In this document: piece by piece, positions 1 to 10,382 of the stretch | How positions within the stretch are numbered: the stretch's first letter is position 1 | Layout: every line of letters begins with the position of its first letter | Assembly: GCA_022653695.1 (NCBI GenBank) | Contig: JALCSW010000004.1 | Span: 15,578 to 79,577 of the forward strand | Source of the DNA: Bacilli bacterium | GTDB taxonomy: Bacteria > Bacillota_I > Bacilli_A > RFN20 > CAG-826 | Length of the DNA: 64,000 bases | Reading direction: 5' to 3' | Notes under the pieces: generated by a model | The model's database searches: none | The model's input: only the letters and a program-made list of their open reading frames with translations | What the model was told of the DNA's origin: nothing | Translations under genes and position numbers: made by a program

Positions 1-918
1 CTGCTCGACGGTGAAATTCTCGGTCGTGCCCTTGTACAGGTTGCCAAGGAAGGGGAAGCCGTAGACATCCATGTCGAGGCCGCTCGCGATGACGTCTTTG
101 CAGTAAGCCTCCATGAGGTTGCTGACCGCGTCGGCGTGTTTGCTGTTCTCGGTCAGCTTGATGTAGTCGACCTTGCGCGCGTAACTGTTGCCAATCGCGA
201 GGTAGTTCTCGCTATAGAGGTATTGGGCGACAAGCTCCGTCCGGTAAACATCCGGAAGAATCTGATCCTTGATGTAGTTTTCGTAGGTTTTGAAGAGGTC
301 GTTGAAATAGACCCCGTCGATGGGATCGACAGATCCGCTTGTGTGGTTGCTGAGGCGGATGTCGCCGACGACTTGCTTCACTTTGAAGTCGCCTTCGTCG
401 ATGCTGCCGAGTTTGTAGAAAGCCTTGACCTGGGTATCGTAGAATTTCTTTTCAAAGAAAACGCTGCGAATTTGGTAAGAGGTGTTTTTGACGTAAGTGA
501 GGAAAGTCGCCTCGACTTTGTCGACGACGGCGTAGTAGAAAGCCATGACCTTCTTCACGTTGCCTTCGTAGATGGCGTATTTGTCGGCATAGGCCTGAAG
601 ATCGGCCGCGTTGCCTTTTGTTACGACATCGTAAAGGTTGCCCTCCCCATAAAACGAGCCATAGATCGACTGGCTGTAAATGAGAAGGATGTTGTTGAGT
701 ACTTTAGCGCTGTTGGTGTCACCCTCGCTGACGATGGCATCGTAGATTTTGCTCATCGTGTTGTTGGTGATCTCATCAGGGGCGGAAATGATTTGCTCAT
801 CGTAGAAATCCGAGGTTGGGCGGGCGACGACGTCGTCGCAACCAGCCAACATCGCTCCGGCGCAAAGGAGCGCCAGGACGCTGGTGATGGTTTTCTTTTT
901 GAAATTAGCCTTTGACAT
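1..918 (-). CDS. Large lipoprotein of unknown function (3' end runs off the window)
   Basis: Not in the ORF track. Manual translation from ATG 918 gives MSKANFKKKTITSVLALLCAGAMLAGC-DDVV..., a signal peptide with lipobox LAGC, open to position 1. Overlaps the stop of the upstream gene by 14 bp. Confidence 0.85.
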   Translation of the reverse strand, partial: MSKANFKKKTITSVLALLCAGAMLAGCDDVVARPTSDFYDEQIISAPDEITNNTMSKIYDAIVSEGDTNSAKVLNNILLIYSQSIYGSFYGEGNLYDVVTKGNAADLQAYADKYAIYEGNVKKVMAFYYAVVDKVEATFLTYVKNTSYQIRSVFFEKKFYDTQVKAFYKLGSIDEGDFKVKQVVGDIRLSNHTSGSVDPIDGVYFNDLFKTYENYIKDQILPDVYRTELVAQYLYSENYLAIGNSYARKVDYIKLTENSKHADAVSNLMEAYCKDVIASGLDMDVYGFPFLGNLYKGTTENFTVEQ

Positions 919-2995
919 AATAGCAAGCTCCTCCCTGTTGCCACTCGGACGAAGAATGGTTTTGGTAACCTATGGCGCAGACCTCGCTGATAAGGCGTCC
1001 GTTGCCGTTGGCGTCGCGAAGATCGCGGGCCTCGTTTTGGGCCTGAAGCATTTCGGCATAGGATTTCCAGCCGTTTGACCAAGTGGTGAAGTTGTCGTCT
1101 TTGGTGCTCTGTCTCTTCTGCTTGCAATAGTTCAGGATGGTCGCTTCGAAATCGGAATCCTGGAAAGTCAGGCTGCCGACTCCGTCAAGGCCGCCGATGA
1201 GCTTCTCAAAGAGATAAGTGCTGAGCGCGCCGTTGTAGGATTTGACCCCGCTCACGATGTCGCCGGAGCGATCGTTGTAGTCCGTGGTGGTGTTGCGGTT
1301 GTAGTTGACGTAGGTCGTAAGGGCTTCGCCGGTAGAAGTCGTCGGATATCCGGAAAGTCCTGGGATTTTCGTGGTGTAGTACTGACTGAGGGTCGCGGTG
1401 CCGTCGACGGCGCTGTCGTTCTCATTCACCTTTTTGGCGGCGCTGTCGAACGTCGTGTCGTATTGGCTCAGCGCGTCGCGTTGGATGACCATGAAGTGGA
1501 CGCCTTGGTAACTGGAGGTTCCAGCACGGGCGACCAAAACGATTTGGCCCTCGCTGTCGGTGAGGACATTATGGGCGAAGCCGGGAAGGACGTCGGTCGT
1601 GTTGACTTGGAAGCCCGGAAGGGCCTCGTAAGCGGCCGAAGGGGTCCCGTCGAAGGTTTCCCCAGTGTAGGTATCGTTATTGGTAAGGTTATAAGGAATG
1701 TCGTTCGGCGTGACGACGCAAACGTTGCGCTTGTTGAAATATTTGTTGAAGATGATGTTGCGCGGGTAGAAAGCGCTGTTGCCTTCGTAAACCGGCAAAT
1801 TGGCGCTGTCGGTTTCGATCGTGGCGGCCTTCATAAGGGCGACCGCGGCGCCGAAGGGGATTTGGCCGATGCCGGTGGTGGAGCCATCGTCATAGGTTTC
1901 GCCGTACACCTTCGCGCTTGAGACAAGCGACCCGTCTTCGAGGGTTTGGGTCGAATCGACGTCGGCTAAGGAAGTGGCTGACTCTTTAAGACCCGGGGCC
2001 ACGCGGTAGACGTTTTTCGCCCCATAAGCGGTGGTCTGCTCCCTTTTGTTGAAAAGGGACTCGTAGGCGTAAATGCCTAATTTGAATTCGGGAACGAGGT
2101 CGTTCGACATGACTTTCGTCATCAGGCTGGTTTCCCCATAAGCTTCGGCGCTGCTGGCGTCTTCGCTGAGGGCATAAGCCAAATTGCCGAAGTTCGGGCG
2201 GGTGTCGTCGCTATAGGGCGTCAAGGTTCCGTCGCTGGCCAAACTGGCCCCGGCAAGACGAGCCACGACGGTGGCGAGTTTGGTCGCCTGGTGGGTGGTA
2301 TCGGTCCCCGAAGTCTTGTCCTCGGTAAGCGTGCCTTGGGTGTATTCCTTGTCGCTGGCGGCGACTTTCACCAAAATATGCCGGATGACATAAGGCATTT
2401 GCTCTTTGATCCAGCCGGCGTTTCCGATGCCATAGGTGTCATCGTTTTTCGGCATGAACAGCTTATCGTTGTCGTCGGTGCTGAGCCCGCCGTTAGCGGC
2501 GGTCGCCCCATCTTTCATGGCATCGATGTAGTTGCTGTAGAAGTTGGATTCGAATTTGCTTTTCTCTTCGGTATAAAGGTAGTATTCGAAAAGTTCGTCG
2601 ACGTTCTTGACGCTGTGCTTGGATAGGATCTTTTCGAATTCCTCTTGGAAGGAAGTTTTATTGGTCTTGGCGTTGTCGGTCGCGGTCGCTTTGTCGGTTT
2701 CGACGTCCTTGCGAGCGGCTTTCTTAAGGGACTCAAGCGTGGTCGCGTCGCCTTTATCGTAATAATGTCTGATCAGGACTTCGTAGACTTTGTCGAACTC
2801 TGTTGACAGCGACGAACCGGTAGTTTGGTAACTGTCATATAGATCAGTGGCGTTGTAACCAACGACGTTCCCGGCGGCATCCGTGTACGTGAAGATGTTG
2901 CCGTTATTGTCTGTCGCAGGCGTGTTGCAGGCCGATAAGCCTACCGCTGCAGTGAGCAGCGCCATCAATCCGAGCGCACAGTTTGATTTTTTCAT
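905..2995 (-). CDS. PrsA-like parvulin (PpiC-type) foldase lipoprotein with large insertions
   Basis: AAGGAGG RBS before ATG 2995; lipobox LSAC; parvulin-like motifs VIRHILVK, FGNLAYALSEDASSAEAYG, LVPEF and YQGVHFMVI. Confidence 0.7.
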   Translation of the reverse strand: MKKSNCALGLMALLTAAVGLSACNTPATDNNGNIFTYTDAAGNVVGYNATDLYDSYQTTGSSLSTEFDKVYEVLIRHYYDKGDATTLESLKKAARKDVETDKATATDNAKTNKTSFQEEFEKILSKHSVKNVDELFEYYLYTEEKSKFESNFYSNYIDAMKDGATAANGGLSTDDNDKLFMPKNDDTYGIGNAGWIKEQMPYVIRHILVKVAASDKEYTQGTLTEDKTSGTDTTHQATKLATVVARLAGASLASDGTLTPYSDDTRPNFGNLAYALSEDASSAEAYGETSLMTKVMSNDLVPEFKLGIYAYESLFNKREQTTAYGAKNVYRVAPGLKESATSLADVDSTQTLEDGSLVSSAKVYGETYDDGSTTGIGQIPFGAAVALMKAATIETDSANLPVYEGNSAFYPRNIIFNKYFNKRNVCVVTPNDIPYNLTNNDTYTGETFDGTPSAAYEALPGFQVNTTDVLPGFAHNVLTDSEGQIVLVARAGTSSYQGVHFMVIQRDALSQYDTTFDSAAKKVNENDSAVDGTATLSQYYTTKIPGLSGYPTTSTGEALTTYVNYNRNTTTDYNDRSGDIVSGVKSYNGALSTYLFEKLIGGLDGVGSLTFQDSDFEATILNYCKQKRQSTKDDNFTTWSNGWKSYAEMLQAQNEARDLRDANGNGRLISEVCAIGYQNHSSSEWQQGGACYYVKG

Positions 2996-3181
2996 GTGTG
3001 GACTCGTTCCTCCTTGCTCAAAATGGTGCGAGTTAAGTGTATTCTCTAAAGAGAATTGGTGCAACAACTTCTTAAGGCGCGCGCCCACACGCTAAAAGTA
3101 GGTAGTCTATCGATGGTCCATCGTATTGTTTGCGGTCATAACAAACGGGTACTAAAATAAGCGTGCTTTCAGGAGTTAACG

Positions 3182-4015
3182 ATGTCACAACTTGTCATAA
3201 AAAATCTCGAAGTGGCCGTCAAAGGCCAACCCATCCTCAAAGGGGTGAACCTTACGGTCAACGAGGGCGAAACGGTAGCTTTGTTAGGACCCAACGGACA
3301 TGGGAAGAGCACGTTATTGGCCGCCATCATGGGCAACCCGGCCTACAGCGTCACCGGCGGTTCCGTCGAGTTTGACGGGAAGGACATCCTAAAAACGAGT
3401 CCCGACCTTCGCAGCAAGGCCGGTTTGTTCTTGGCCATGCAGTACCCCAGCGAAATCCCCGGCCTCAATAGCGCCGATTTCCTTAAGGCGGCCATGAACG
3501 CCCATCGGGAGAAGCCCATGTCGCTTTTCGAGTTCTATAATTCGCTTCAAAACGCCTATAAGGATATGGGGATCCCCTTCGAGATGAGCAAACGTAATCT
3601 CAATGAGGGTTTTTCGGGTGGGGAGAAGAAACGGAATGAGATGCTTCAGATGCGTCTATTGTCCCCAAGGATCGCCATGCTCGATGAAATCGATTCGGGC
3701 CTTGACGTCGACGCCATGCAAATCGTCGCGAAAGCCATCGAGAAGGAGCAGCGGAGAGGGGCCGGATTCCTGGTCGTCAGCCACTACGCCCGCCTATACG
3801 GGATCATCAAACCGACGAGGGCGGCCGTCCTCGTCAATGGCCGCGTCGCCGTCGAAGGCGGACCGGATATCATCGCCAAGATCGACACCCAAGGATACGA
3901 ATGGATCAAAGAGGAATTGGGGATCGAAATCGAGAAAGAGGAAGGGAAACCGATGAACACCGTGTCCATCGGGGTTTGCGCCACAAAGGCCAGGTTTAAC
4001 GATGACAAGAAGTGA
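3182..4015 (+). CDS. sufC: Fe-S cluster assembly ATPase SufC
   Basis: GPNGHGKST, QYPSEIPG, NEGFSGGEKKRNE, LDEIDSGLDVDA. Confidence 0.97.
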   Translation: MSQLVIKNLEVAVKGQPILKGVNLTVNEGETVALLGPNGHGKSTLLAAIMGNPAYSVTGGSVEFDGKDILKTSPDLRSKAGLFLAMQYPSEIPGLNSADFLKAAMNAHREKPMSLFEFYNSLQNAYKDMGIPFEMSKRNLNEGFSGGEKKRNEMLQMRLLSPRIAMLDEIDSGLDVDAMQIVAKAIEKEQRRGAGFLVVSHYARLYGIIKPTRAAVLVNGRVAVEGGPDIIAKIDTQGYEWIKEELGIEIEKEEGKPMNTVSIGVCATKARFNDDKK

Positions 4016-4706
4016 AGCGGAAAGAAGAATCGTTTTCGTTGACGATCTTCCTTCGAAATTCTCCATAACGGTGGAGGAGTGCCAAACCCTTCATCTGAAC
4101 ATCGCCTCATTTCAGGGATTCGCCGATTCGACGATCGACGTCATCGTTAAGGATAACGGGACGATCGATGGGGCTTTTGCGGATTTTTCGCAAGGAAACG
4201 GCAAGTTCGTTTTGAATGTTCGTTTGCTCGGGGAGGGCTCGAAATGCCGTTGGCACTTGGCATGCCTCGACGGCGGCCTCTCCCAAAAGGACTTCGAGAC
4301 ATCCGTCTATCATGAGGCGCCTCATACCGGGGCCCTCATGAGCAACTACGGCATCGCCCGCGACGCCGGCAGGCTTGTTTTCGCCGGCACGAGCGAAATC
4401 CGGAAAGGCTCGGCGAAGGTGAAGACGCGTCAGGAATCCAAGATCATCGTTTTCGATCAAGGAGCCATCGGAAGGGCCAGCCCAATCCTCCGCATCGGCG
4501 ACAACGACGTCGAGGCGAGCCACGCCGCAGTCGTCGGGCGGCTCAATTCCGCCCACCTCTTCTATCTTGAGAGCCGGGGCATCAGCGAAGAGGAAGCCAA
4601 GCGGCTCATCACCCTCGGTTATCTGCGGCCCATCGAGGCTTCGTTCGTTGACGAAAGTTTGGTGGCGAAAATCGAATCCGCTATCGAGGGAGGGATTCAA
4701 AAATGA
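4002..4706 (+). CDS. sufD: Fe-S cluster assembly protein SufD (short form)
   Basis: DVEASHAAVVG, LFYLESRGI; lies between sufC and sufS. Confidence 0.9.
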   Translation: MTRSEAERRIVFVDDLPSKFSITVEECQTLHLNIASFQGFADSTIDVIVKDNGTIDGAFADFSQGNGKFVLNVRLLGEGSKCRWHLACLDGGLSQKDFETSVYHEAPHTGALMSNYGIARDAGRLVFAGTSEIRKGSAKVKTRQESKIIVFDQGAIGRASPILRIGDNDVEASHAAVVGRLNSAHLFYLESRGISEEEAKRLITLGYLRPIEASFVDESLVAKIESAIEGGIQK

Positions 4707-5935
4707 TCGATCCGTATGAGATTCGCAAAGATTTCCCGATGTTCCGAAACGGCATCAAGATGCAAGGCAAACCCCTTGTGTGGCTCGATAACGCCTCCAC
4801 GACTTTCAAGCCCGATTGCGTTTTGGACGCGGTCAGCGCCTACTATCGGTCCGAGACCTCGAACAGCCATCGGGGCGACTACGATCTTTGCTATCAGATC
4901 GATGAGCGGATCTTGGCCTCTCGGCAATCGGTGGCCAAACTAATCGATTGCAAGCCTCAGGAAGTGGTTTTCACTTCCGGGACGACTGCCTCGATCAATC
5001 TCGTCGCTTTCGGCTGGGGGGTTAAGTACCTTAAGAAAGGCGATGAGATTCTCTTGACGCAAGCGGAGCACGCGTCGAATGTTTTGCCTTGGTACAAGGT
5101 CAGCGAGATGACGGGGGCGGCCATAAAATTCATTCCGCTTGACAAAGACGGGCGCCTCACCGTGGACAATTTGAGGAAGGTCATAACGGATCGCACGAAA
5201 ATCGTCGCCATCGCCCACGTGACGAACGTGTTAGGCTACATCGCTCCGGCGAAGGAACTCGCCAAAGTCGCGCACGCCCATGGGGCCCTTTTGGTTCTCG
5301 ACGGCGCCCAAAGCGTGCCGCATCTGCCTACCGACGTTCAGGACCTCGATTGCGATTTCCTTTCTTTCAGCGGGCACAAACTGTGCGGTCCGACAGGGAT
5401 CGGCGTTCTCTATGGCAAATTCGATTTGCTCAAAAAAATGGATCCGTTCATGACGGGTGGTGGAATGAACGCCAAGTTCGACATGTGCGGCGACGTCGCC
5501 TATTTGGAGCCGCCGGTCAAATTTGAGGCCGGAACCCAAAACATCGAAGGCATCCTTGGCTTGAAGGCGGCCGTCGATTACATAATGAAAATCGGCCTCA
5601 AGAACATCAACGAATACGAGGAAGAGCTCAAACGATACGCGGTCTCGGAGCTCGGGAAAACCGGGAATGCGATCATTTACAATGCCAAATCGGAAGCCGG
5701 CATCGTCACTTTCAATATCAAAGACGTCTTCGCTCAAGACGCCGCCACGTTCCTCAATAGCCGCGGCATCGCCTGCCGGAGCGGCCAGCATTGCGCGAAA
5801 ATCCTGATCGACTACCTGAAAGTGGTCGCCACGGTCCGCGCCAGTTTCTATTTCTACACCACCAAGGAGGACGTTGACGCCTTGGTTGACGCCGTTAAGC
5901 ACGGAAAGGAGTTTCTCGATGCCTACTTCAATTGA
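4703..5935 (+). CDS. sufS: Cysteine desulfurase SufS
   Basis: LDNASTT, DGAQSVPH, FSGHK (PLP lysine), RSGQHCA. Confidence 0.97.
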   Translation: MIDPYEIRKDFPMFRNGIKMQGKPLVWLDNASTTFKPDCVLDAVSAYYRSETSNSHRGDYDLCYQIDERILASRQSVAKLIDCKPQEVVFTSGTTASINLVAFGWGVKYLKKGDEILLTQAEHASNVLPWYKVSEMTGAAIKFIPLDKDGRLTVDNLRKVITDRTKIVAIAHVTNVLGYIAPAKELAKVAHAHGALLVLDGAQSVPHLPTDVQDLDCDFLSFSGHKLCGPTGIGVLYGKFDLLKKMDPFMTGGGMNAKFDMCGDVAYLEPPVKFEAGTQNIEGILGLKAAVDYIMKIGLKNINEYEEELKRYAVSELGKTGNAIIYNAKSEAGIVTFNIKDVFAQDAATFLNSRGIACRSGQHCAKILIDYLKVVATVRASFYFYTTKEDVDALVDAVKHGKEFLDAYFN

Positions 5936-6362
5936 AGTCACTCCCCAGATGATGAGGGAAATCATCATGGATCATTATCAGAATCCGCGCCATAAGAGCA
6001 AGCCGACGGAAAGCGGCTATCTTTCGCTTCACGCCTCCAGCACGAACTGCATCGACGATTTCGATGTGTATCTTTTGGCTAAGGATGGCAAGATCGCCGA
6101 CGCCCGTTGGGAGGGCGTCGCATGCACGATCTCGTCCGCCTCGACGGACATTCTTTGCGACCGCGTCATCGGGATGACGTTCAAAGAGGCCCGGTACGTG
6201 ATCGAGCAGTATCTCAACATGATCGGGGAAAAAGAATATGACGCTTCCGTGCTTGACGAGGCCATCGTCTTCCTCAACACCGGGAAGCAAGCCGCCCGCA
6301 TCCATTGCGCGACCATGGGCTGGACCGCTTTGAAAGAGCTGTTGGAGAAAGAGGAGAAGTAG
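5919..6362 (+). CDS. sufU: SUF system sulfurtransferase SufU
   Basis: [14 protein letters not shown]-x-[16 protein letters not shown]; ATG 5919 follows AAGGA. Confidence 0.92.
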   Translation: MPTSIEVTPQMMREIIMDHYQNPRHKSKPTESGYLSLHASSTNCIDDFDVYLLAKDGKIADARWEGVACTISSASTDILCDRVIGMTFKEARYVIEQYLNMIGEKEYDASVLDEAIVFLNTGKQAARIHCATMGWTALKELLEKEEK

Positions 6363-6363
6363 G

Positions 6364-7761
6364 ATGGCGGACACGAAGTTCCTCGACGATTCCTACAAGT
6401 ATGGCTTCAAAACCGACGCCAAGGTCCTTTTCACGACGGGCAAAGGCCTCAATGAGGGCGTCGTCAGGGCCATCAGCAAGCATAAGCGCGAGCCGGAATG
6501 GATGCTCGAATACCGCTTGCGGGCCCTCAAGGCCTTTGAAGCGATGCCCCTTCCCAAATTCGGTCCGGATCTTAAGTTCCTCGATTTCCCCTCTTACACC
6601 TACTACACGGGCGTGGCCAAAAAAGAAGGCACCGATTGGGACGAAGTCCCTTCGGCCGTCAAAAAGACCTTCGATCGCTTGGGCATCCCCGAAGCGGAGC
6701 AGAAGTACCTTTCGGGCGTCACCACCCAATACGAAAGCGAAGTCGTTTATCACAACATGTTGGAAGAGGTCCAGAAGAAAGGCGTCATTTTCCTTTCCAC
6801 GGACATGGCCCTTCAGACCTGCCCGGACCTCATGAAAAAATATTTCGGCACCGTAGTGCCGTTCGCCGACAACAAATTCGCGGCCTTAAACGGCGCGGTT
6901 TGGAGCGGCGGCAGTTTCATCTATGTCCCCAAAGGCGTCCATCTCGACAAGCCGTTGCAGTCGTATTTTCGCATCAACAACGAAAAAACCGGGCAATTCG
7001 AGCGAACGCTCATCATCGTCGATGAGGGCGCCGACATCAATTACGTCGAAGGTTGCACGGCCCCCATTTACAGCAAGGAATCGCTGCACGCGGCGGTGGT
7101 TGAGATCGTCGTTCTAAAAAATGCCCGCTGCCGTTACACGACGGTCCAAAACTGGAGCAACAACATCGTTAATTTGGTCACTCAAAGGGCTTTGGTGGAA
7201 GAAAACGGGCTCATGGAATGGGTCGATGGGAACATCGGCTCCATGCGCAACATGAAGTATCCGGCCTGCATCCTTAAGGGCGAAGGCGCCCGCGGATCGG
7301 CGATTTCGATCGCCGTCGGCGGCCACAACCAGTTTCAGGATAACGGCGCCCGGATGATCCACATCGGGAAGAACACCTCCTCGACCATCATCTCGAAATC
7401 CATTTGCAAGAACGGCGGGACCGCGAATTATCGCGGCACCGTCAGGATGGAACCGACGGCCGAGAACGGCCATTCCCACGTCGAGTGCGACACCTTGATC
7501 CTCGATGGGAAGAGCTACAGCGACACCATTCCGACGAACGAGATCAAGAACCCCACCTCCTACATCGAACATGAGGCGACCGTCAGCAAAATAAACGAAG
7601 AGGAGCTCTTCTATCTCATGAGCCGCGGCATTTCCGAAGCCGATGCGACGCAGATGATCATCATGGGTTTCATCGAGCCTTTCTCACGCGAACTTCCGAT
7701 GGAATACGCGGTCGAACTGAACCAATTGATCAAACTTGACATGAGCGATTCGATCGGCTGA
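6364..7761 (+). CDS. sufB: Fe-S cluster assembly protein SufB
   Basis: [36 protein letters not shown]. Confidence 0.97.
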   Translation: MADTKFLDDSYKYGFKTDAKVLFTTGKGLNEGVVRAISKHKREPEWMLEYRLRALKAFEAMPLPKFGPDLKFLDFPSYTYYTGVAKKEGTDWDEVPSAVKKTFDRLGIPEAEQKYLSGVTTQYESEVVYHNMLEEVQKKGVIFLSTDMALQTCPDLMKKYFGTVVPFADNKFAALNGAVWSGGSFIYVPKGVHLDKPLQSYFRINNEKTGQFERTLIIVDEGADINYVEGCTAPIYSKESLHAAVVEIVVLKNARCRYTTVQNWSNNIVNLVTQRALVEENGLMEWVDGNIGSMRNMKYPACILKGEGARGSAISIAVGGHNQFQDNGARMIHIGKNTSSTIISKSICKNGGTANYRGTVRMEPTAENGHSHVECDTLILDGKSYSDTIPTNEIKNPTSYIEHEATVSKINEEELFYLMSRGISEADATQMIIMGFIEPFSRELPMEYAVELNQLIKLDMSDSIG

Positions 7762-7777
7762 AGAATTTAACGGAACC

Positions 7778-9649
7778 ATGGATTACGATGTCATTGTCGT
7801 CGGTGGTGGGCACGCGGGGGTGGAGGCTGCGTGCGCCGCGGCCCATATGGGCATGCGGACGCTTTTGTGCACCCTTGACGTCAAGATGATGGCCAACATG
7901 CCTTGCAACCCCCATATCGGCGGTTCGGCGAAAGGCATCGTGGTTCGCGAAATCGACGCTTTGGGCGGAATGATGGGCGTCGCGGCCGACCACCGTCCTT
8001 TGCAAATCAAGTTTTTGAACACGGCCAAAGGGCCGGGCGTCCAATGCCTTCGGGCTCAGGAGGACAAAATCGGCTACCCGGCGTATATGCAGTCGCTGGT
8101 TCTCGCGACCCCCAATCTCACGGTCAAGGAATGCGAAGTCAAATCGTTGCTCTATGGCGACGGGAAAGTCTTTGGCGTCGTTACGGGGGATGGCGAAAGG
8201 ATATCCGCAAAGGCCGTCGTCATCACGACGGGGACTTATATGGAGAGCACCATCATTTCCGGGGAGGATGTCCATCCGGGGGGACCGGATGGGGAAGCTT
8301 CCTCCCGGGGGTTAAGCAAATGCCTTCAGGAAATGGGGCTTGACGTTTTCCGCCTTAAGACCGGAACCCCGCCCCGTCTTAAGAAAAGCACGATCGATTT
8401 CTCCAAAATGCAGGTTCAGCTTGGGCAAGACGGCGAATTGGCTTTCTCTTTCCTGACGAAGGAATTCACGCCCCTTTCGCGGCAATTGCCCTGCTATCTT
8501 TTCTACACTTCGCCCGAAACCTTAAGGATAATCCGCGACAATTTGGACAAATCCGCCGTGTTCAATGGCCTCATCAAAGGGGTGGGGCCCCGTTATTGCC
8601 CCTCCATCGAGAGCAAAGTCGTCCGTTTCGCGGACAAACCCCGCCATCAGCTTTTCCTGGAACCGGAGACCGAATTCGGCGAATCCGTTTATCTTCAGGG
8701 CTTTTCGATGGGTTTCCCGCACGCGATCCAAGAAAGGCTCGTCCATTCGTTGCCGGGCCTTGAGCGCGCCGAGATCCTCAAGTGGTCCTACCAAATCGAG
8801 TACGACGCGATTCGCCCTTTGCAGTTCAAGCCGACTTTGGAAACCAAAAAGTACGAAGGGCTTTATGGCGCCGGCCAGATATGTGGGACGTCCGGCTACG
8901 AAGAGGCCGCCGGCCTTGGCCTATTGGCCGGAATCAACGCTTCTTTGAAGATCCAAGGCAAGGAGCCGCTCATTTTGCGGCGGGACGAGAGCTATATTGG
9001 CGTCATGATCGACGATCTCGTCACCAAAGGGACCGACGAGCCTTACCGCCTTATGTCGAGCCGCGCCGAATACCGTTTGCTTTTGCGTCACGACAACGCC
9101 GATCTTCGCCTTACGCCGCACGGGCGCCGAATCGGCCTCATCGGCGAAGGCCGGTATCAGGCCTTTCTAAGCAAATACAAAAGAATCGACGAGGCCATCC
9201 ACATTATGGGGAAAACGAACGTCCAAGACAAAAAGGGCTGCGCCAAGTATCTTTTGGACCATGGGTTCACCGACACGGCGTGTGGGCATAAAGGGCTCGA
9301 GCTTCTGCGTCGCCCAGGGCTGACTTACCGCGGCATTTCCCCTTTGATGCCCGAACTGAAAGGGTTTTCCTTTGACGAGGGGGAAACGTTGGCCCTTGAG
9401 ACGAAAGTAAAGTACGAAGGCTATATCGGCAAGGAGCTTAAGGATGCCGCGAACGCCCAAAAACTCGAAAAGATCAAGCTTCCGGGCGGAGTGGATTACG
9501 AGAAAATCGACGGTTTGGCCCTTGAGGCTCGCCAGAAACTTAACGCCGTTCAGCCTCTCACGATCGGCCAAGCCAGCCGAATCAGCGGAGTCAACCCCGC
9601 CGACATTTCGATTCTGATCCTTTCGCTAAAAAAGAAAGGGCTCATATGA
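7778..9649 (+). CDS. mnmG: tRNA uridine-5-carboxymethylaminomethyl synthesis enzyme MnmG (GidA)
   Basis: GGGHAGVEAA, CNPHIGG, RLKTGTPPR, GPRYCPSIE, SRAEYRLLLRHDNAD. Confidence 0.98.
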   Translation: MDYDVIVVGGGHAGVEAACAAAHMGMRTLLCTLDVKMMANMPCNPHIGGSAKGIVVREIDALGGMMGVAADHRPLQIKFLNTAKGPGVQCLRAQEDKIGYPAYMQSLVLATPNLTVKECEVKSLLYGDGKVFGVVTGDGERISAKAVVITTGTYMESTIISGEDVHPGGPDGEASSRGLSKCLQEMGLDVFRLKTGTPPRLKKSTIDFSKMQVQLGQDGELAFSFLTKEFTPLSRQLPCYLFYTSPETLRIIRDNLDKSAVFNGLIKGVGPRYCPSIESKVVRFADKPRHQLFLEPETEFGESVYLQGFSMGFPHAIQERLVHSLPGLERAEILKWSYQIEYDAIRPLQFKPTLETKKYEGLYGAGQICGTSGYEEAAGLGLLAGINASLKIQGKEPLILRRDESYIGVMIDDLVTKGTDEPYRLMSSRAEYRLLLRHDNADLRLTPHGRRIGLIGEGRYQAFLSKYKRIDEAIHIMGKTNVQDKKGCAKYLLDHGFTDTACGHKGLELLRRPGLTYRGISPLMPELKGFSFDEGETLALETKVKYEGYIGKELKDAANAQKLEKIKLPGGVDYEKIDGLALEARQKLNAVQPLTIGQASRISGVNPADISILILSLKKKGLI

Positions 9650-10344
9650 CTTACGAGGAATTGGTTTCCAGCCTCGGCCCCTCGGTCGCCCTTTCCGCGG
9701 AAGCGGTTTCCAAACTTCGCCGTTTCGCCGCCCTCCTCAGCGAATGGAACGAAAAGATGAACCTGACCGCCATAACCAAGGAAAGCGAAGTGGTGGAGAA
9801 GCATTTCTATGATTGCCTTCTGCCCTGCAAATATCTGTCTTTGAAGGGGAAAAAGGTCGCCGACTTGGGAACGGGGGCGGGTTTTCCCGGCTTGGTTTGG
9901 GCCATCGTCAACCCCGAAGCCTCTTTCACCCTCATCGAGGCCACGGGAAAGAAGTGCTCCTTCCTTGAGGCCGCGGTCGAGGCCTGCGGGCTTGCTAACG
10001 TGAGGATCGTCCATAAGCGTTGCGAGGAGATGAAGGAGCGTGAGGCCTTTGATGTCGTGGTCGCGAGGGCGGTCGCCCCGATGGGAACGCTTCTTGAAAT
10101 TTCCCTCCCGCTTGTCAAGGTCGGTGGGGTTTTCTTGGCGATGAAAGGGTCTGGCGGCCAAGAAGAATTTAATAAAACCGGCAAAGAAATAGAAAAGCTT
10201 GGGGCGGTTCTCAAAACCATGAAATCCGAATCGCTCCCCAACGGCATGGGCATTCGCCGAAATTTCATTTTCCTCAAAGAAAGGCCCACGCCCAGAAAAT
10301 ATCCCCGCCCTTGGGCCACGATAATCAAAAAACCTTTGGTGTGA
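9646..10344 (+). CDS. rsmG: 16S rRNA m7G527 methyltransferase RsmG (GidB)
   Basis: WNEKMNLTAI, DLGTGAGFPG, ARAVA, KYPR. Confidence 0.96.
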   Translation: MTYEELVSSLGPSVALSAEAVSKLRRFAALLSEWNEKMNLTAITKESEVVEKHFYDCLLPCKYLSLKGKKVADLGTGAGFPGLVWAIVNPEASFTLIEATGKKCSFLEAAVEACGLANVRIVHKRCEEMKEREAFDVVVARAVAPMGTLLEISLPLVKVGGVFLAMKGSGGQEEFNKTGKEIEKLGAVLKTMKSESLPNGMGIRRNFIFLKERPTPRKYPRPWATIIKKPLV

Positions 10345-10382
10345 AACTTTTAAAAAATGTTTCACGCGAGTAAACTTAAGCC

